NCBI GenBank assembly: GCA_977017645.1
Contig: OZ360230.1
Span: 54,746,001 to 54,810,000 of the forward strand
Length of the DNA: 64,000 nt
Reading direction: 5' to 3'
Origin: Torpedo marmorata
Taxonomy: Eukaryota
Shown here: positions 12,380 to 25,125 of the stretch, piece after piece
How the letters are laid out: the number at the start of each line of letters is the position of its first letter
Numbering within the stretch: the first letter of the stretch is position 1
Position numbers and translations under genes: made by a program
Notes under the pieces: model-generated
Told to the model about the DNA's origin: nothing
The model's input: the letters and a program-made list of their open reading frames with translations, nothing else
The model's database searches: none

Positions 12380-12745
12380 AACATAGAATATTCCAGCACA
12401 GTGCCGGCCCTTCAGCCCACGATGTTGAGCCGCCCCATGAAAACCCACTCCACAGCAATCTAATTTTTCCCTCCCTCATTCCCACAACCCTCTATTTTGC
12501 TTACATCCATGTGCCTATATCAGAGACTTTTGAATGTCCCTATTATACCAGCCTCCAGCACCACCCCTGGCAATGCATTCCAGGCACCTACCACTCTCTG
12601 TATAAAAAAAAAACCTACCTCTGACATCTCCCCTAAACTTTCCTCTACTCACCTTCAGCAGATGTCCTCTCGTATTGGCTATTGTCGCCCCAAGAAAAAG
12701 GTGCTGGATTTCAACCCTTTCTATGCCCCTCATAATCTTATACAC
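12380..12745 (-). mobile_element. CR1 LINE 3' fragment
   Basis: ORF YKIMRGIERV..NTRGHLLKVSRGKFRGDVRGRFF. Confidence 0.85.
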
Positions 12746-13019
12746 CTCTCATTCTACATCATAATGGAGAGCTGAAAATGGAGCTACCACACCAGTGTGT
12801 CATGAACTGCTTTAAGTTCATTTATAACCTGAGGATGACATTGGAAATCCAACATTGTTTTGCCCAGACAAATTGCTCTGGAACCCAATGTTTTACTGGG
12901 CTATTTCAGAGGCCAACCACAATGTATTGTGTCTGAGGTCAGATTTCGGTCAGTTTTGATAATATCTCCTCAAATCCATCACTGAACCTGGTCTAATCCT
13001 CAGATTAGACCAGGTTCAT

Positions 13020-15148
13020 CTTACCTTAATGAAGGGCTCAAGCCCAAAACGTCGATTATGTATCTTTATCTTTGCTATATAAAGTACACTGTTTGATCAG
13101 CTGAGTTTCTCCTGCTACAAAACCAAATCCGGTGAAGCAGCAGACGGCAAAGCTTCGCTCCCAGAGGAACTCAATGCCTTCTACGCCAGATTTGATGACA
13201 GTAACAGCAAAGAACTACCCCTCCACACCCCCACATCCCCCGATGATCCCATCCTGTCCTTATCTGAGGATGACGTGCGTGCTGCCTTCAGGAGAGTGAA
13301 TCCGAGGAAAGCATTCGGCCCGGATTGAGTACCTGGCCGAGTATTAAGAATCTTTGCTGACCAACTTACCAAGGTATTCACGGATATCTTCAATATCTCA
13401 CTCCAGCAGGGCGTGGTACCCACCTGTTTCAAACAGGCGTCAATCATACCCCAAGAAGAGTGTAGTAACCTGCCTCAATGACTATCGACCAGTAACACTT
13501 ACATCAACAGTGATGAAGTGTTTTGAAAGGCTGCTGATGAAGCATATCAGCTCCTGTCTAAGTGATGACATGGATACATTCCAGTTCGCCTATCATAGGA
13601 ACATGTCTACGGCGGATGCCATGTCACTGGCTCTACGCAAAGCCCTGGAACACCTGGACAGCAAAGATGCATACATCAGGATGTTTTTTATCGACTACAG
13701 TTCGGCATTTAACACCATCATCCACTCAAAACTGATCAGCAAACTCCAAGACCTGGGAGTTAACACCCCACTGGGTAATTGGATCATGGATTTCCTCACC
13801 TTCAGACCACAATCAGTGAAGATTTGTAAGAACATCTCCTCCACAATCTCCATCAGTACCGGAGCACCACAGGGCTGTGTTCTTAGCCCCCTGCTCTACT
13901 CACTTTACACCTACGACTGTGTGGCTCGGTACGACAATAATGCCATCTACAAATTTGCTGATACCACGGTAGTAGGTTGTATAAAGGAAGGGGATGAGTC
14001 AGCATACAGGATGGAGATTGAAAACGTGGCTGAATGGTGCACCAACAACAATCTTGCACTCAATGTCATCAAAACTAAGTAGCTGATTGTTGACTTCAGG
14101 AAAGGAAAGCCAGAGGTATACAATCCAGTGATCATTGGGGGATCAGAGGTGGAGAGGGTGAGCAAATTTAAGTTCTTGGGAGGCATTATCTCGGAGGATC
14201 TTTCCTGGACCCAACACACCAATGGCATCGTGAAGAAAACATGTCAGCGCCTCCACTTCCTCATGAGTTTGCGGAGGTTTGGTATGACACCAGAAACCCT
14301 GGAAAATTTCTACAGATGTGTGGTGGAAAGTGTGCTGACTGGCTGCATCACGGTCTGGTATGGAGACACCAATACCCCTGAGCGTAAATCCCTCCAAAAG
14401 GTAGTGGACACAGCCCGGGACATCACAGGGAACACTATTGTGTACATCTACAGGGAATGCTGTAGCAATCATCAAAGACCCACACCACCCAGCACATGCT
14501 CTGTTCTCGCTGCTGCCATCAGGAAAGAGGTATAGGTGCCACAAGACTCACACCACCAGGTTCAGGAACAGCTGCTACCCCTCTACCATCAGAATCCTCA
14601 ACAACAAACTCAATCAGAGACTCATTTAAGGACTCTTACTTGTGCACTTTATTGATTACCGGTATTTTTTTATTCCCTCTGTATTGCACAGTCGGTTTGT
14701 TTACATTCGTTATCTGTTTACAGTTCTTTGTTTGTTTACATGTTTCTGCTGTGTACAGTTTTTTTTTGCACTACCAATTAGTCGTAATTCTGCCGCGCCT
14801 GCAGGAAAAAGAATCTCAGGGTTGTATGTGATGTCATGTATGTACTCTGACAATAAATCTGAAATCTGAAATCATTGTGTTTTTACTTCAACCATGGTGT
14901 CTGCAGACTTTCGTGTTTTACTAATCACAGATGTGCTAGAGAAACTCAACAGGTCACGCAGCATCCATGGGAAGTAAAGGGTAACCAACATTTCGGGCCT
15001 GAGCTCTCCTGATTCCTGATGAAGGGCTCAAACCGAAAGCATTGATTACCTTTCACTTCCTATGGATGCTGCGTGACCTACTGAGGTTCTCCAGTATGTT
15101 TGTGTATTACTCTCAACCCCAGCATCTGCAGACTTTCTTGTTTAACTT
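13020..15148 (+). mobile_element. Composite Penelope pLTR insertion, split by Rex1
   Basis: pLTR 13020-13115 resumes at 14873; inverted pLTR pair 14925-15110; 14-bp direct repeat CACTGAACCTGGTC at 12980 and 15149. Confidence 0.7.
13117..14872 (+). mobile_element. Rex1/Babar LINE, 5'-truncated (subfamily A), RT pseudogene
   Basis: [54 protein letters not shown]; stops and frameshifts; (TCTGAAA)n tail. Confidence 0.93.
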
Positions 15149-15469
15149 CACTGAACCTGGTCAAACATGAGGATGAAATATTTAATATTAAGAAAGTATG
15201 TCCATTGGATGTGACATCTTTGATATTCATGAGCCTTCAAAATCACTCCTAAGGAAATGTAAGGAGGCTAGCAGAGAACCTAGTAGAAATTTATAACATC
15301 ATGAGGGCCTTAGATAAATAGTCATAGTCTTTTCCTGGGTAGGGGAGTCTAAAGCTAGAGGGAATAAAGTTGAGATGAGAGGGGAAGATTGAGGGGCACC
15401 TTCTTCACATGGTAAATATTTGGGATGAGTTACCAGAGGAAGTGGTAGATCAGATACTATTTATTCAGA

Positions 15470-16826
15470 ATAAGAATCAGAATCAGAATTTATTATCATG
15501 AACAAGTCATGAAATTCGGTGTTTTGCGGCAGCATCATAGTGCAATTAACATTCATATTAACCATTCTAACGACATTACTATAAAAAATTATAAACAATA
15601 GTGCACGAAAAGTAAGGCAGTGTCTTTGGTTCATTGATTATTCAGGAATCTGATGGCAGCGGGGAAGAAGCTGTCCTTGTGCCGTTGAATGCTCGTCTTT
15701 AGGCTCCTGTACCTTTTCCCTGATGGAAGCAGAGTGAAGAGGGCATGGCCTGGGTGGTGGGGGTCCTTGAGGATAGAGGCTGCTTTTTTAAGACACCGCC
15801 TCATGTAGATATCCTCGATGGAGTGAAGTTTGGTGCCTGTGATGTCACAGGCCGAGTTAACAAACTTCTGGAGTTTACTCTTGTCCTGGGAGTTGGCGCC
15901 ACCATACCAGGCAGTGATGCAACCAGCCAGAATGCTCTCCACGGTACACCTGTAGAAGTTTACGAGAGTCTTTGGTGACATACCGAATCTCCGCAAACAC
16001 CTCACAAAGTATAGCCGCTGACGAGCCTTCTTTGTGATTGCATCTACGTGGATGCTCCAGGACAGATCCTCGGAGATGTTGACACCCAGGAATTTGAAGT
16101 TCTTGACCCTCTCCACGACTGAGCCCTCGATGAGGACTGGGTCGTGTTCCCCTGACTTCCTCCGGAAGTCCACAATCATCTCCTTGGTTTTGCTGACGTT
16201 GAGCTCAAGGTTGTTGTCATTACACCATTCAACGAGCTGATCTATCTCCTTCCTGTACGCTTCCTCATTGCCGTTTGTGATTCTGCCGACAACTGTGGTG
16301 TCATCGGCAAACTTGTAGATGGCATTGGAATTGTGCCTGGCCACACAGTCATGAGTGTATAACGAGTAGAGCAGTGGACTAAGCACGCAACCTTGGGGTG
16401 CGCTTGTGTTGATAATCAGTGAGGAAGAGACGTTGTTTCCAATTTGTACTGACTGTGGTCTTCCGATGAGAAAGTCAAGGATCCAGTTGCAGAGTGGGGT
16501 ACAGAGGCCTAGAGTTTGTAGCTTCTCGACCAGCACTGAGGGAATAATGGTAATGAAGGCTGAGCTGTAGTCGATGAAGAGCAACCGTATGTATGAATTG
16601 CTGTTTTCGAGGTGATCCAGAGCTGAGTGGAGAGACAGCGATATTGCATCTGCTGTGGAGCGATTGTGGCGATAGGCGAATTGCAGTGGGTCCAGATCTT
16701 AGCTTAGGTATGTGTTAATTCTGGCCATGACCAGCCTCTCAAAGCATTTCATCACAGTAGAAGTTAGTGCTACTGGGCGGTAGTCGTTGAGGCAGCTCAC
16801 ACTACTCTTCTTGGGTACCGGGATTG
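15470..16826 (-). mobile_element. Rex1/Babar LINE (subfamily B) with a 317-aa open RT C-terminal half
   Basis: ORF 15631-16584 [40 protein letters not shown]; (TTCTGA)n tail. Confidence 0.93.
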
Positions 16827-17525
16827 TCATGTAATAAAACAGAAATGTAATATTGCACAAAATTGCCTTCTGCCTGCAGTCAGGCAGACAAAGCTTCGCC
16901 ATTAGCATTGCCTGACGCCCCTTACAGTCAGAGAAAGAGAAGCAAAAAAGAGTCTCCTCAGAGTCACTGAGTGTCCATGGTTTTGCCTCCGGTGCTCCTG
17001 CAGCCTCTGCAGCTGCACAGACTCCAGTTCAGTTCAAACCATGGGTAACCTAAGCCCAGATCCAAACCTCTGACACGATCAGGAAGCCTTCAGCACCTCG
17101 GGCCCTTCGGGAGCCCTCCTTGCCTTCAGCACTCTCTTGAATCCCGGTTCCAATACCTGATTCTCATGAGCCAGCCCCCAGCAGCCCACAGCCTGGCGCG
17201 AGTCCTTCAACCTCAAGTCGCCAACAACTCACTGTCTGTGTGTGTCCTTCAGCCACAGAGCCCCTCACTAGTCCGCCGCCGTGGTCACTGTCCTTAGGGT
17301 TGTCTCCTCTGCTTTTCCTTCTCAATGTGGGGGGTGGGGGAGGGGGGGTGTTCTCCCTATTACTGGTGCCCTGCCCCAGTCAACTGATCCCCCGGAGTCT
17401 GCAACCCCTCGTGTCTGCTGCCGAACACAGCGTCACCATCTTGGGCACAGACCACGCGGTCGCAGGATTTTAAATAAAACACCATCGGCTCCTTTAACAG
17501 GCTATTTAAAGCCTGTACAATGTTT
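16826..17525 (-). mobile_element. Family X repeat
   Basis: Reverse complement of 56800-57480. Confidence 0.75.
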
Positions 17526-17798
17526 TTTTTTAAGGCAGGCTGAAGTCAAGTTAATTGGTTAACTAGAATGAATCATAGTGGGCTCAAAGCTTCAGTTAAA
17601 CTCGTTTCTCTTGTAGGCATTGTCATAAAGGGCCCCCACCACCCTGCTCACAACCTCTTCTGAAGTAAAACATGAAAGTCTGCAGACACCGTGATTGAAG
17701 TAAAAACACAATGCTGGAGAAACTCAGCTGGTCAAACAGTGTACTTTATGTTGCAAAGATAACCAATATTTCGGGCTTGAGGCCTTCATCGAGCTAAC

Positions 17799-18132
17799 TG
17801 ATAGGCCTATCAATAAACACTCGAAGGCTATGAGCGTGAGTGAACCATAGGCTTTTATTACCTTAGAACTAAAGAGTACTTTCCAGCAGATCTGACCCGG
17901 ACTGGAGGAGTGGCCGTGATACAGTGGCCTTTATTCAGGTGAGGAAAGGGGAGGGATTACCTGGACACCCAAGGGAGGGGAGGGAGTAGACATCGGGACA
18001 GCCTGCAGTACATACCTACACCACAATACACAAACAGTGGTTTACCACATTCCAAGGGAGGGGAGGGAGTAGACATCGGGACAGCCTGCAGTACATACCT
18101 ACACCACAATACACAAACAGTGGTTTACCACA
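17799..18132 (-). mobile_element. Gypsy LTR remnant (one full plus one partial LTR)
   Basis: Same LTR family as 49680-49932; CTAAC TSD at 17794-17798 and 18133-18137. Confidence 0.88.
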
Positions 18133-18749
18133 CTAACAACCTTTTCTCACTGCTACCTTCGGGCAGAAGGTACAGAAGCTTGAAGACCAGCACCTTTCAG
18201 TTTATCTCCAACACCTATCAGGCTTATGAACCTCCCCTTGGTACACTAAACATGGACTGCTCCAACACCACAAAAGGTCTGTCTGCACTGTTGGATCAGT
18301 TTTCTTTTCCACTCGCATCACTCTGAATAGTTATATCTATCTTATTTATTTATTGCCTCTTTTAATTTAATTCAATTAGTTTACAATTATAGTTTTTATT
18401 TTCATGTACTTGTTCAGCTGCAGCAAGTAGGAATGTTAGTGGATATGTACATTGTACAATATGTATGACAATATACTCATCATCATGTGCCTGATCAGCA
18501 GGAAAAAGAATCTCAGGGTTATACGTGATGTCATGTACATTCTCTGACAATAAATCTGAAATCTGAATCTAAAATCTGAATTATCATCAATTAATTGTTG
18601 ACTTACGGATTTTGTCAATTGGCATTTTCTTATCTGGTGCCAGTCTTTCATTTGCTTTAGTATGCCTGACCACACTGCAAGGTTAAGAGAAGATCCCGAG
18701 GTACTCAGCAAGTCAGGCAGCATCCTTTGCAAAGGGTAACATGGAGTTA

Positions 18750-18940
18750 AACAGGAAAGTCTGCAGACGCTATGATTGTAGTGCAATACACAAATGTGCT
18801 GGTGAAACTCAGCAAGTCATGCAGCGTATGTAGGAAGTAAAGGGTAACCAACATTTTGGGCCTGAGCCCAGGGTTTGCTTATACCTTGACGAAGGGCCCA
18901 GCCCGAAACGGTGAACACCCTTTGCTTCCTATCGATGTGT
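18750..18940. mobile_element. Inverted Penelope pLTR pair
   Basis: TTTTGGGCCTGAGCCC...CCTTGACGAAGGGCCCAGCCCGAAAC arms. Confidence 0.7.
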
Positions 18941-19330
18941 GGTAAAATCTATGGAGCAGGGTGCTGCTGAGAATTTGGGGAGAATTTAAAAAAAGGGATG
19001 TGCCGAATTAGTATAAATGTGTGGTTGATGGTCAGGGAGAACTCAGTGCCTGGAAGGTTTGTTTCCATGCAATGTCTCTCAGTAACTCCCAAGTGCATGT
19101 GCCTGAAGGATGTGGTAAGATGATGTTAAAATGCAGCTCTTTGGTTTGCTTCCGAATGGAGGTTTCTTCCTTTTAGCTCTCTGTGTTTATTGAGGGCCAT
19201 AACATTTACTAGGCTATTACTGGAGCTTCCTGGAAACCAGCCTGACAATCTGAGCACTTTGCGTTTATTGGACTGCACAGACACTGACAGTCTTGAAGGA
19301 TTCTTGGTCAGCAGTGCCATTTGAAAAAGA

Positions 19331-20913
19331 GTAAAACACGAAAATCTGTAGACACCGTGGTTGAAGTAAAAAACACAAATGCTGGAGAAACTCAGCAGGT
19401 CAAACAGTGTCTTTTATGTAGCAAAGGTAGAAATACATAACCGACGTTTCGGGCTTGAGCCCTTCATCAAAGTATGAGAAAATGCCGGCAGGAGTCCGAG
19501 CAAAAGAGTGAGGGGGGAAGGGGGGGGTGGCAAAGGCAGGAGATGATAGGTGGAGAAAGGAGGGAGGGGACAGCAGCAAAGAGGGGGAGGAGGGATGGCT
19601 GGGTGGGTGGAAAAAAACAGGAAGGACAGGTGAGGGGGGAGGGGAAGGAAGCGACAAGCAGGTTGAGTGGAAAGCAGAAAAGTCAATGTTAATGCCATCT
19701 GGCTGGAGAGTGCCGAGACGGAAAATGAGATGTTGTTCCTCCAATTTGCGGGTAGTCTGGGTGGGATAGTACATAAGGCCACGGACAGAAATGTGAGTGT
19801 GGGAGTGTGACCTGGAATTGAAATGGTTGGCTACTGGGAGGTCGCTGTTGTTGCGGACGGAGAGGAGGTGCTCAGCAAAGCGATCTCCCAATCTACGACC
19901 GGTCTCTCCGATGTAGAGAAAGCCACAAAGGGAGCACCGGATGCAGTAAATAAGTTCTCTGGATGTACAAGTGAAGTGTAGTTTCACTTGGAAGGCCTGT
20001 TTGGGGCCCCGGACCGTGGTAAGGGGGGAGGTGTGGGCGCAGATGTTGCACCTCCTGCGGGTACAGGGGAAGGTGCCGGGGGTGTGATGGGTGGGGAGGG
20101 ATGAGTGCACGAGCGAATCGCGGAGGGAGCGGTCTCTATGGAAGGCCGAGAGGGGAGGAGAAGGAAAAATGTGTCTGGCGGTGGGATCCTGTAGTAAGTG
20201 CCGGAAATTCCGGCGGATAATTTGTTGGATGCGGAGGCTGGTGGGGTGGTAGGTGAGGATGAGGGGAATTCTATGTTTGTTGCGTCTGAGGGCAGAGGGG
20301 GCCAGGGCAGATGAGCAGGAAATGGAGGAGATCCGGGTGAGGGCTGAGTTGATGGTGGTGGAGGGGAAGCCACGTTTGTGGAAAAAGGCAGACATTTCAG
20401 AAGATCTGGACTGGAAGACCTCATCTTAGGAACAGATGCGGCGGAGACAGAGAAATTGAGAGAAAGGGATGGAATCCTTGCAGGGGACAGGGTGTGAGGA
20501 AGTGTAGTCAAGATAGTTGTGGGAGTTGGAGGGTTTGTAGTAAATGTCGGTGGAAAGCTTGTCCCCTGAGATGGAGACAGAGAGATCCAGGAAGGGGAGA
20601 GTGTTATCGGAGATGGACCAGGTAAGTTTGAGATCATGGTGGAAGTTGGATGCGAAGTGGATGAAGTTGACAAGCTCATCGCGGGTGCATGAGGCAGCCC
20701 CGATGTAGTCGTCGATATAACGGAGGAAGAGATGAGGGGTCTTGCCTGTGTAGGCTTGCAGCATGGATTGCTCCACAAAGCCCACAAACGGGCAGGCGTA
20801 ACTGAGACCCATACGGGTACCCCTGGCTACTCCTTTGATTTGGAGGAAGTGGGATGAGTTGAAGGAGAAGTTATTGGGAGTGAGGACAAGTTCTGCCAGG
20901 CGGAGGAGGGTGG
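19331..20913 (-). mobile_element. Penelope-like element (Neptune-type), 5'-truncated
   Basis: RT and GIY-YIG coding remnants plus 3' pLTR; near-TSD ATTTGAAAAAGA/ATTTGAAAAGGA. Confidence 0.92.
19400..20812 (-). pseudogene. PLE reverse transcriptase C-terminal half plus GIY-YIG endonuclease (stop at 20426)
   Basis: FLRYIDDYIG, LPFLDLSV, DIYYKP; linker CTRRRCNIC; LIYCIRCSLCGFLYIGETGRRLGDRFAEH. Confidence 0.9.
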
Positions 20914-21659
20914 ATTTGAAAAGGATCTTGGTTCCACAAAACTACAGGGCAGCTGCTTCACTAAGGCAAAATCCATTACATTGACTTACATTTTCACTAA
21001 AGCAAGAATTTTATCGGAAGTATGAAGAATGTTACCGGGTGCAACCCTATCACAGGCTAATGGGAGATGACAAACGATAACCTCTGACGGAACATGTGAT
21101 CTATTTATAAAATATGCCTTCCATCGACTTCACACTACCAAATTTCAGAGGCACAGAGCAACCTTCAAAGCAAAATACCACAGATGTTGGAAATCTAAGA
21201 TAAAGGAGAAACCTTTGGAAACACTCAGCAGCATCTGTTACTCTTTGCTCAATACACAAACGTGCTGGAGAAACTCAGCAGGTCACGCATAGAAAGTCAA
21301 GGGTAACCAACGTTTTGGGAGTGAGCTGCATTTTTTAAATAGATACTTGGTGGACATGGGCATGGTATCCTGTTTCTGTAACTCTCCAAGACTTATATCC
21401 CTGTAGTTCAAGCCTTGAGATTGCCCCTGAATTTAATAATTTCACCAACTCATGCATCTTTTTAACTCTCAAATCATTACTCTGTGGAATTCCCTCCCAA
21501 AACTCCTCCATCTTGTTTTTCTTCTTTAAGATGCACTTTAAAATCTTTTTATTTAGCATCCAGCCACTCACTGATATCACCTTCAGTGGATACCATCAAT
21601 TATTTGGGAATATCCTGTGTACATGTTTTGGGACTTGCGCTACGTTTGAGCATAGCAGA

Positions 21660-21900
21660 TTTGCTATATAAAACTTGGGTTAGGCCGCACTTGGAACAGT
21701 GTGCGCAATTCTGGTCGCCCCGTTACAGGAAGGACGTGGAAGCTTTGGAACGGGGACAGAAGAGATTTAATCAGGATGTTTCCTGGTTTAGAGGGTATGA
21801 GATATGGGGAGAGGTTGGAAAAATTTGGGTTTGAGGTTAAAGGGCAACCTGATAGAAGTTTATAAAATGATGAGAGGCATTGATAGGGTGGACAGTCAGA
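21660..21900 (+). mobile_element. CR1 LINE fragment
   Basis: LYKTWVRPHLEQCAQFWSPRYRKDVEALER. Confidence 0.85.
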
Positions 21901-21927
21901 GTAAAATCATCACACATTCAATTCAAA

Positions 21928-22175
21928 GGACGGCACGGTTGGCGTAGCGGTTAGCTCAACACCTTTACAGCACCAGTGATCGGGACTGGGGTTAAAATCC
22001 TGCGCTCTCTGTAAGGAGTTTGTACGTTCTCCCCGTGTCTGCGTGGGTTTTCCCCAGGGGGCTCCGCTTTCCTCCCACCATTCGAAACGTATCGGGGGTG
22101 TAGGTTAATTGGGTGTAAATTAGGCGACACACTCGTTGGCCAAAATGCCTGTTACCGTGCTGTATGTCTAAATTT
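21928..22175 (+). mobile_element. tRNA-derived V-SINE (HE1-like)
   Basis: A-box TGGCGTAGCGG, B-box-like GGTTAAAATCC, V-domain GTTCTCCCCGTGTCTGCGTGGGTTT. Confidence 0.85.
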
Positions 22176-22192
22176 TTTTTTAAATAAAAACA

Positions 22193-22965
22193 AAATGGCG
22201 GCACTGCCAGAGCTGCTGTAACGGCAGCGCTGATGCTGGTGCGGACCCACGAAGGGAGGATAGCAGAGATGCAGTGCTCCCCCGCATGGTTCAACCACCC
22301 AGTCCGACTGCCGTTGGCTCCGTTCAGGCTTTAAATGGCCTGTTAAAGGAGCTGACAGTGGTTTATTTAAAAACGTGTGACTGTGGGGTCTGGGCCCAAA
22401 ATGTCAGTGCCTATGTAGCGCAGCAGCCACGAGGGGTTGGAGACTCCGGGGAAGCAGCAGGCTGATGCAGGGCACTAGAAAACAGGGATACTACCCCCCA
22501 TTTGAGGAGAAGCAGAGGAGATGACCCATGGGACAGTTACCACGGCGGTGGATCAGCGAGGGGCTCTGAGGCTGAAGAACACACAGGCGGCGAGCTGTTG
22601 GTGTCTCGAGACGAGAAACCCACACAGGCTGCGGACTGCTGATGACTGGCTCGAGACTGGCTGAAGGGGTACCAGGTATCGGAACCGGGATGCGAGAGGG
22701 TTCTGAGGGTGCTGAGGGATTCCTGATTGTGTCAGAGGTTTGGATCTGGAGATTGGGTTGCCGATGGTTTGGACTGAAGGCTGTGTGGCTGCAGAGGCTG
22801 CAGGAGGGATGGAGACACTCAGTAACTCTGGGGGGGACTCTCATTTGCTTCTCTTTCTCTGACTGTAAGGGGCACTGTGCATGAATCTTTGCCTGCCTTA
22901 TCGTAGACTGCAGGAAATTTTGTGTAATATCACATTTTCTGTTTTATTACTGACAATAAAAGAAT
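22193..22965 (+). mobile_element. Family X repeat, near full length
   Basis: Starts AAATGGCGGC and ends GACAATAAA; collinear with 56690-57505. Confidence 0.8.
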
Positions 22966-22979
22966 TACGAATGTTGAAC

Positions 22980-25125
22980 CACATTTGAGATGAAGGCGTG
23001 GGGGTGGGGGGGGGTAGTTTAAGGGAGATGTGAGAGGCAAATGTTTCACACAGAGAGTGGTGGGTGCGTGAAACAGACTGTCAGGAACAGTGGTACAACA
23101 ATGGCATTTAAATTGATACATGCCTATGAAGGGAATGGAGGAATATTTCTCATGTGCGGTTTTGGTTTGATTTGGACATCATGTTCAGTACAGGCACATG
23201 GGACGAAGGGCTTGTTCCTGCAACTGTACTGTTCTATGTCCTGTGTAAGGAGTGGGATAAATTGCAGTTGTAATTGCAAACAGTTGTGCAAAAATATGAA
23301 CTGGAGCAGGAATAGGCTACTTGGACTATTGAGCCTGTTCCACTATTGAATATGATTGTGGCTGCTCTGAGTATAGTCTCAATTCTATGTTCCTGTTCAC
23401 CTGCATGGAGTAACCCGTTATCTTATTATTTAGCAAGAATCTTCCTACATCTGCCTTAGAAACGTTCAAAGACTTGGCTTCTATTACCCTTTGGGGAAGA
23501 GAGTTGCAAAGGCCCAATGCTCTCAAGATAAAAAGAAAAGAAAACAAAAAAAAAATCACCTCATCTCTGTTTTAAAAGGATAGCCCCTTAATTAAAAATA
23601 AAGACCTCTCATTCCAGATCCTCATCACTTTCCCCTTACTTCCCCTTTCCCCCCCCCCCCCTCCCCAACCTCAGGATCATACATATTTCAGTCATCTCCT
23701 CTCACTCCTCTCCGGTCCAGTGAATTCATGCCTGTCAGATGTTTCCTCATGAAGCAACAGGCCCATTTCACATGTAATAGAACAGTACAGCACTGGAACA
23801 GGCCCTTTGGCCCACATGTCTGTGCTGAGCATGTTGCCCAAATTAAAATCAAACTCTACTGCTTGTGGGTGATCCATATCCCTCTGTCCCCTGTCTATTC
23901 ATGTGTTTATCTAGAAGCCTCTTAAACGCCAGTGTTGTGTCTGCTTCCAACATTAGCCCTGACAGGTCCTTCCAGGCACCTATTTCTGTGTAAAAAAAAA
24001 TGTCCCCAAGTAAAGTTAACCTTCTTTGATGAGCGGAGTCTTGTTAGAGGTCTACAAGATTATGAGAGGCATAGATAGAGTGGACAGCCAGCACCTGTTT
24101 CCCAGGGCAGGATCAGCAAACACCAGAGGACATCTGTACAAAGTGAAGGGAGGGAAGTTTAGGGGAGACATCAGGGGTAAGTTTTTTACGCAGAGAGTTG
24201 TGGGTGCCTGGAATGCCTTGCCGGGGATTGTGGTGGAGGCTGAAACATTAGGGGCATTTAAGAGACTCTTAGACAGGCACATTGGATGAAATAAAAATAG
24301 AGGGTTACTGGGTAGGGTGGGTTTAGTACTTTTTTTTAAGGAATATATGGGTCGGCACAACATCGAGGGCCGAAGAGCCTGTACTGTGCTGTAGTGTTCT
24401 ATGTTCTATGTTCTCTGAACTGCTTTCAATGTTCGAACATCATGCTGTGACCTCACTTCATTGACTGCATCTCCTGAGGTCACAGAATGCAATTTTCTTA
24501 TTTTTAAAGAACTTCAAAAGACGAAGAGGTTGGATTAGTGCCACACTGATCCTGTTAGAATATAGAAATCTACAGCACAGTACAGGCCTTTCGGCCAACA
24601 GTGTTGTGCCAACATACTGACCTACTCTGCCTAGAATTTCCCGACTGCATAACCCTCCATTTTTCTCAGTTCCATGTACCTGTCTAATGGTCTCTTAAAA
24701 GTTCCTATTGTACCTGCCTCCACCACCGTTGCTGGCAACGCATTCCACACAACCTTCACTCTCTGTGCGAAGAACTTACCTCTTACATTCCACCCCCCTG
24801 CACTTACTCCCAAGCACCTTAAATCCACACCCCCTTGTGTTAGTCATTTCAGTGAAACATGAAAGTCTGCAGATGCTGTGATTGTCGTCAAAACACAGAA
24901 ACACTGGAGGAACTCAGCCGGTCTCGCAACGTCCATAGGAGGTAAAGATATCTTACCGACGTTTTGGGCCTGAGCCCTTCCTCATTTCGCCCTTAGTCAC
25001 TTCAGCCCTGGGAATAAAAAAGCCTCTGGCATGATCAAAGTCTCTCATCATCTTGTACATCTCTATCAGGTCATCCCTCATCCTCCGTCACTCCAAGGAG
25101 AAAAGACCAAGTTCACTCCACCAAT
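22980..25125. mobile_element. Cluster of CR1 3' fragments in both orientations, with a PLE pLTR at about 24850-24985
   Basis: ORFs 24026-24289 (EVYKIMRGIDRVD..GKFFTQRVVGAWNALP), 24631-24828 and 23326-23559. Confidence 0.8.

Noticed and set aside
19984-20787. 267-aa Pro/Ser-rich ORF
   Set aside because: Alternative frame of the C-rich Penelope coding strand.
21928-22010. tRNA gene
   Set aside because: The tRNA-like head runs directly into a V-SINE body.
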